Source: Orbicella franksi (Eukaryota). Taken from it: 64,000 nt of DNA. The position numbers and the translations under genes were made by a program. This document shows positions 62,006 through 64,000 of this stretch, one piece after another. The stretch is taken from assembly GCA_964199315.1 (NCBI GenBank), contig OZ116707.1:1550001-1614000 (forward strand). The letters run 5' to 3'. The notes under the pieces were generated by a model. The model was not told where the DNA came from and did no database searches. It saw only the letters and a program-made list of their open reading frames with translations. Each line of letters begins with the position of its first letter. Positions within the stretch are counted from its first letter, which is position 1.

Positions 62006-62417
62006 GATCATCCAATGGCGCAAAAACTAGAATAAAATGTGAAAAGAAATAAAAGTAAGATTAAGGGAACTTGACATGTACCAAAATAAACGCAAAATGA
62101 TATCTGGTTCTTATGTAATCTTGGGGCGAGAAAACTGATGTTATAAACTCCTTACAAAGTTTTTCAAAACGCACCTTGAAAACAAAAAAAGAGTAAGTTT
62201 GTAAGAATATAAATGATATGTACTTACAAGTGCTTTCTTCCGCAATGGGAACTTCGTGTGGCACTGAAAAGTTTCATAGAGATAAAGGTTTTAACTTTAA
62301 GATGAAGTTGAGCAATCAAATCTTCACGTAAGTAAAGCAAAGAAGTTTAAAATAGAAAACTAAAGATAAAATACGTACACTCGTCTGAATTAATCTTTAT
62401 GTTGATTTGCTGTTGAT
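62006..62417 (-). CDS. Paralogous micro-exons of the unknown gene (partial)
   Basis: Exons 62379-62417, 62228-62263 and 62006-62026 splice in frame: DQQQINIKINSDELPHEVPIAEESTFFAPLDD. Confidence 0.5.
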
Positions 62418-64000
62418 CTAGAAGACAAATATACATTTTAACACCATTAGAAATTATCTTGGCTAACGGAGCAACATCGGTTTTCTAACGACGATTGACA
62501 TATTTAGAGAAAAAGTAATATGGTTTACTTCATTAAAGTGCCCTAGTGCGAAGAAACTTTAAATTTGCACTGCATTCATTTTGCGAGGTGTAAATTTCTT
62601 GACAAACGCAGCTTTAAACTTACCCATCTTAATAAAACGTAGAAAAACAATTAACTGAACTTGCAGCGCAATGTTACAATGGCGCAAAACAAGCAGGGTG
62701 TTGGCGTTTTATACAGGAATGCTAAACGATGTCATTGTGTTGCATAAAAAGACGTTATTGGTTCTGAGATGTTTGAGTGACAAAAACGTAGATTGGCTGT
62801 TGCGTTTGCTCTTTGGCTTGAGGCGGGGCTAAAAAAGCACCCTGGGGCCGAGATTGGAGATAGGCCCTTTGCAGAGCATACTACTTTATTAATCATAAAA
62901 ATCAAGTAATTGAATTATCCACTATGGATCTACCGTAGAACCATTTTAAAATTTTAGCTTGAGTTTCAATTCAAACGCAGAGACAAGTCTCTTGTCTTAT
63001 AATATATCAAAGTTACAAAAAAGAGGAAACCTTTACCTTTAGAACAATGTAAAGAAAATGCAAGTAACACCAACAGAAAGAGACGGTTGTTTAGGGTTTC
63101 CATTTTGTATTAACTATGTCAACCAATTTCACTGGATGACTGAAAATTAAAACCTACAAAGGCATCTTTATATCCAATTTGGCAACAGTGAACAGCAACC
63201 TTATTGGCTTATGGTTTGATAAATATTGCAAAATTTTCATTTATAGCAAAGTGAGTGCTGATTATCCTCCACTTATTTTGTTTACCTTTTTGTAGCCCTT
63301 TATCTTTTTGAGATCATTTTGCTATGTTAACAATGCATTTTTCTCTTCATTGCATTTGAATCTAAATTTATGTTATCAGTTCCCAGAGTGGTTACTGATG
63401 TTTTTTAAAGTTATTTTAACTTTGTTTTTGGCGCTGTTTTCCAAGTATATATGTTATCTTTGAATGCATTAGTTAGGCTCCATTGGAAAATTTTTACTAT
63501 TTTCTTTTCCCGTCTACTTTTTCTTGGTAACATAAGTACATAACCGGCAACACGTTTTGTCAAGGCAACAATTTTCATATTCTTATCTTTATCTTTCTTG
63601 ATATTGTTGTTACAGCATCAGTATAGCTCTGACGTGCATTGCTCTATCGGCTGTGTATTATTTTTGTGTGCTAACACCTCTTCTCGGTTGTCTAGTGGTC
63701 TCTTCTGTTTTCCAGTAAAAGTATTAGCACGCTTTTTTTTGTTGTTTTTTTTCTAACTAGGTTTGCATCCTATGATTGTCGCTATCAGGATGTGATAAAA
63801 AATGTCTTTTTTCGTTTTTTTATACTTTCTGCTAACCACATTTCTTACTTCTTAAGAATAACAATTTTAAGGAAATTTCTCGTTTAATCTAGCAGATCTA
63901 AAATGACGCAAGTATTTCTTGTATCTTTTCTACTGTATGCGCCATTGTCTGTTTTTGTATGTACATCATATTTCCTTTTAAGGAGTTGTTTATGCACTTG

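Overview
Eukaryotic (animal) genomic DNA, AT-rich and spliceosomal-intron bearing. The repeat families (Nin/Deu-type SINE, AACCTCGTTCCCAGG-ended elements, TTAA/TA/TWA MITEs) look anthozoan, probably a stony coral; that assignment is inference. It is a transposon graveyard with nesting. From left to right: the right end of a Polinton/Maverick (pPolB C-terminus plus terminal repeat ending ACTACT); a Harbinger (Myb-like gene plus intact transposase) with a SINE inside; several Sola-like DDE relics; an OTU pseudogene; a multi-exon RING-H2 E3 (RNF126/115-like) (pseudo)gene with duplicated micro-exons; a full-length CR1/L2-group LINE with a 2A-like peptide, split by a complete hAT (8-bp TSD) and a long-TIR element (9-10-bp TSD); an F-box/LRR pseudogene; MITEs; an orphan two-exon gene; a duplicated micro-exon gene (about 40-41.5 kb and 62-64 kb); a complete piggyBac; an RPA1-like OB-fold gene split by a pogo element; a tyrosine-recombinase (DIRS/PAT-like) retroelement; and a processed RPL13A pseudogene with a triplicated 5' end. 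The most unusual object is the YR retroelement. Its split direct repeats are arranged A1-gag-pol-B1/A2-[motif array/intron]-YR-B2, so the recombinase sits in its own repeat-bounded cassette. No rRNA, true tRNA or CRISPR array was found. All family assignments come from motif recognition by eye, without database searches.
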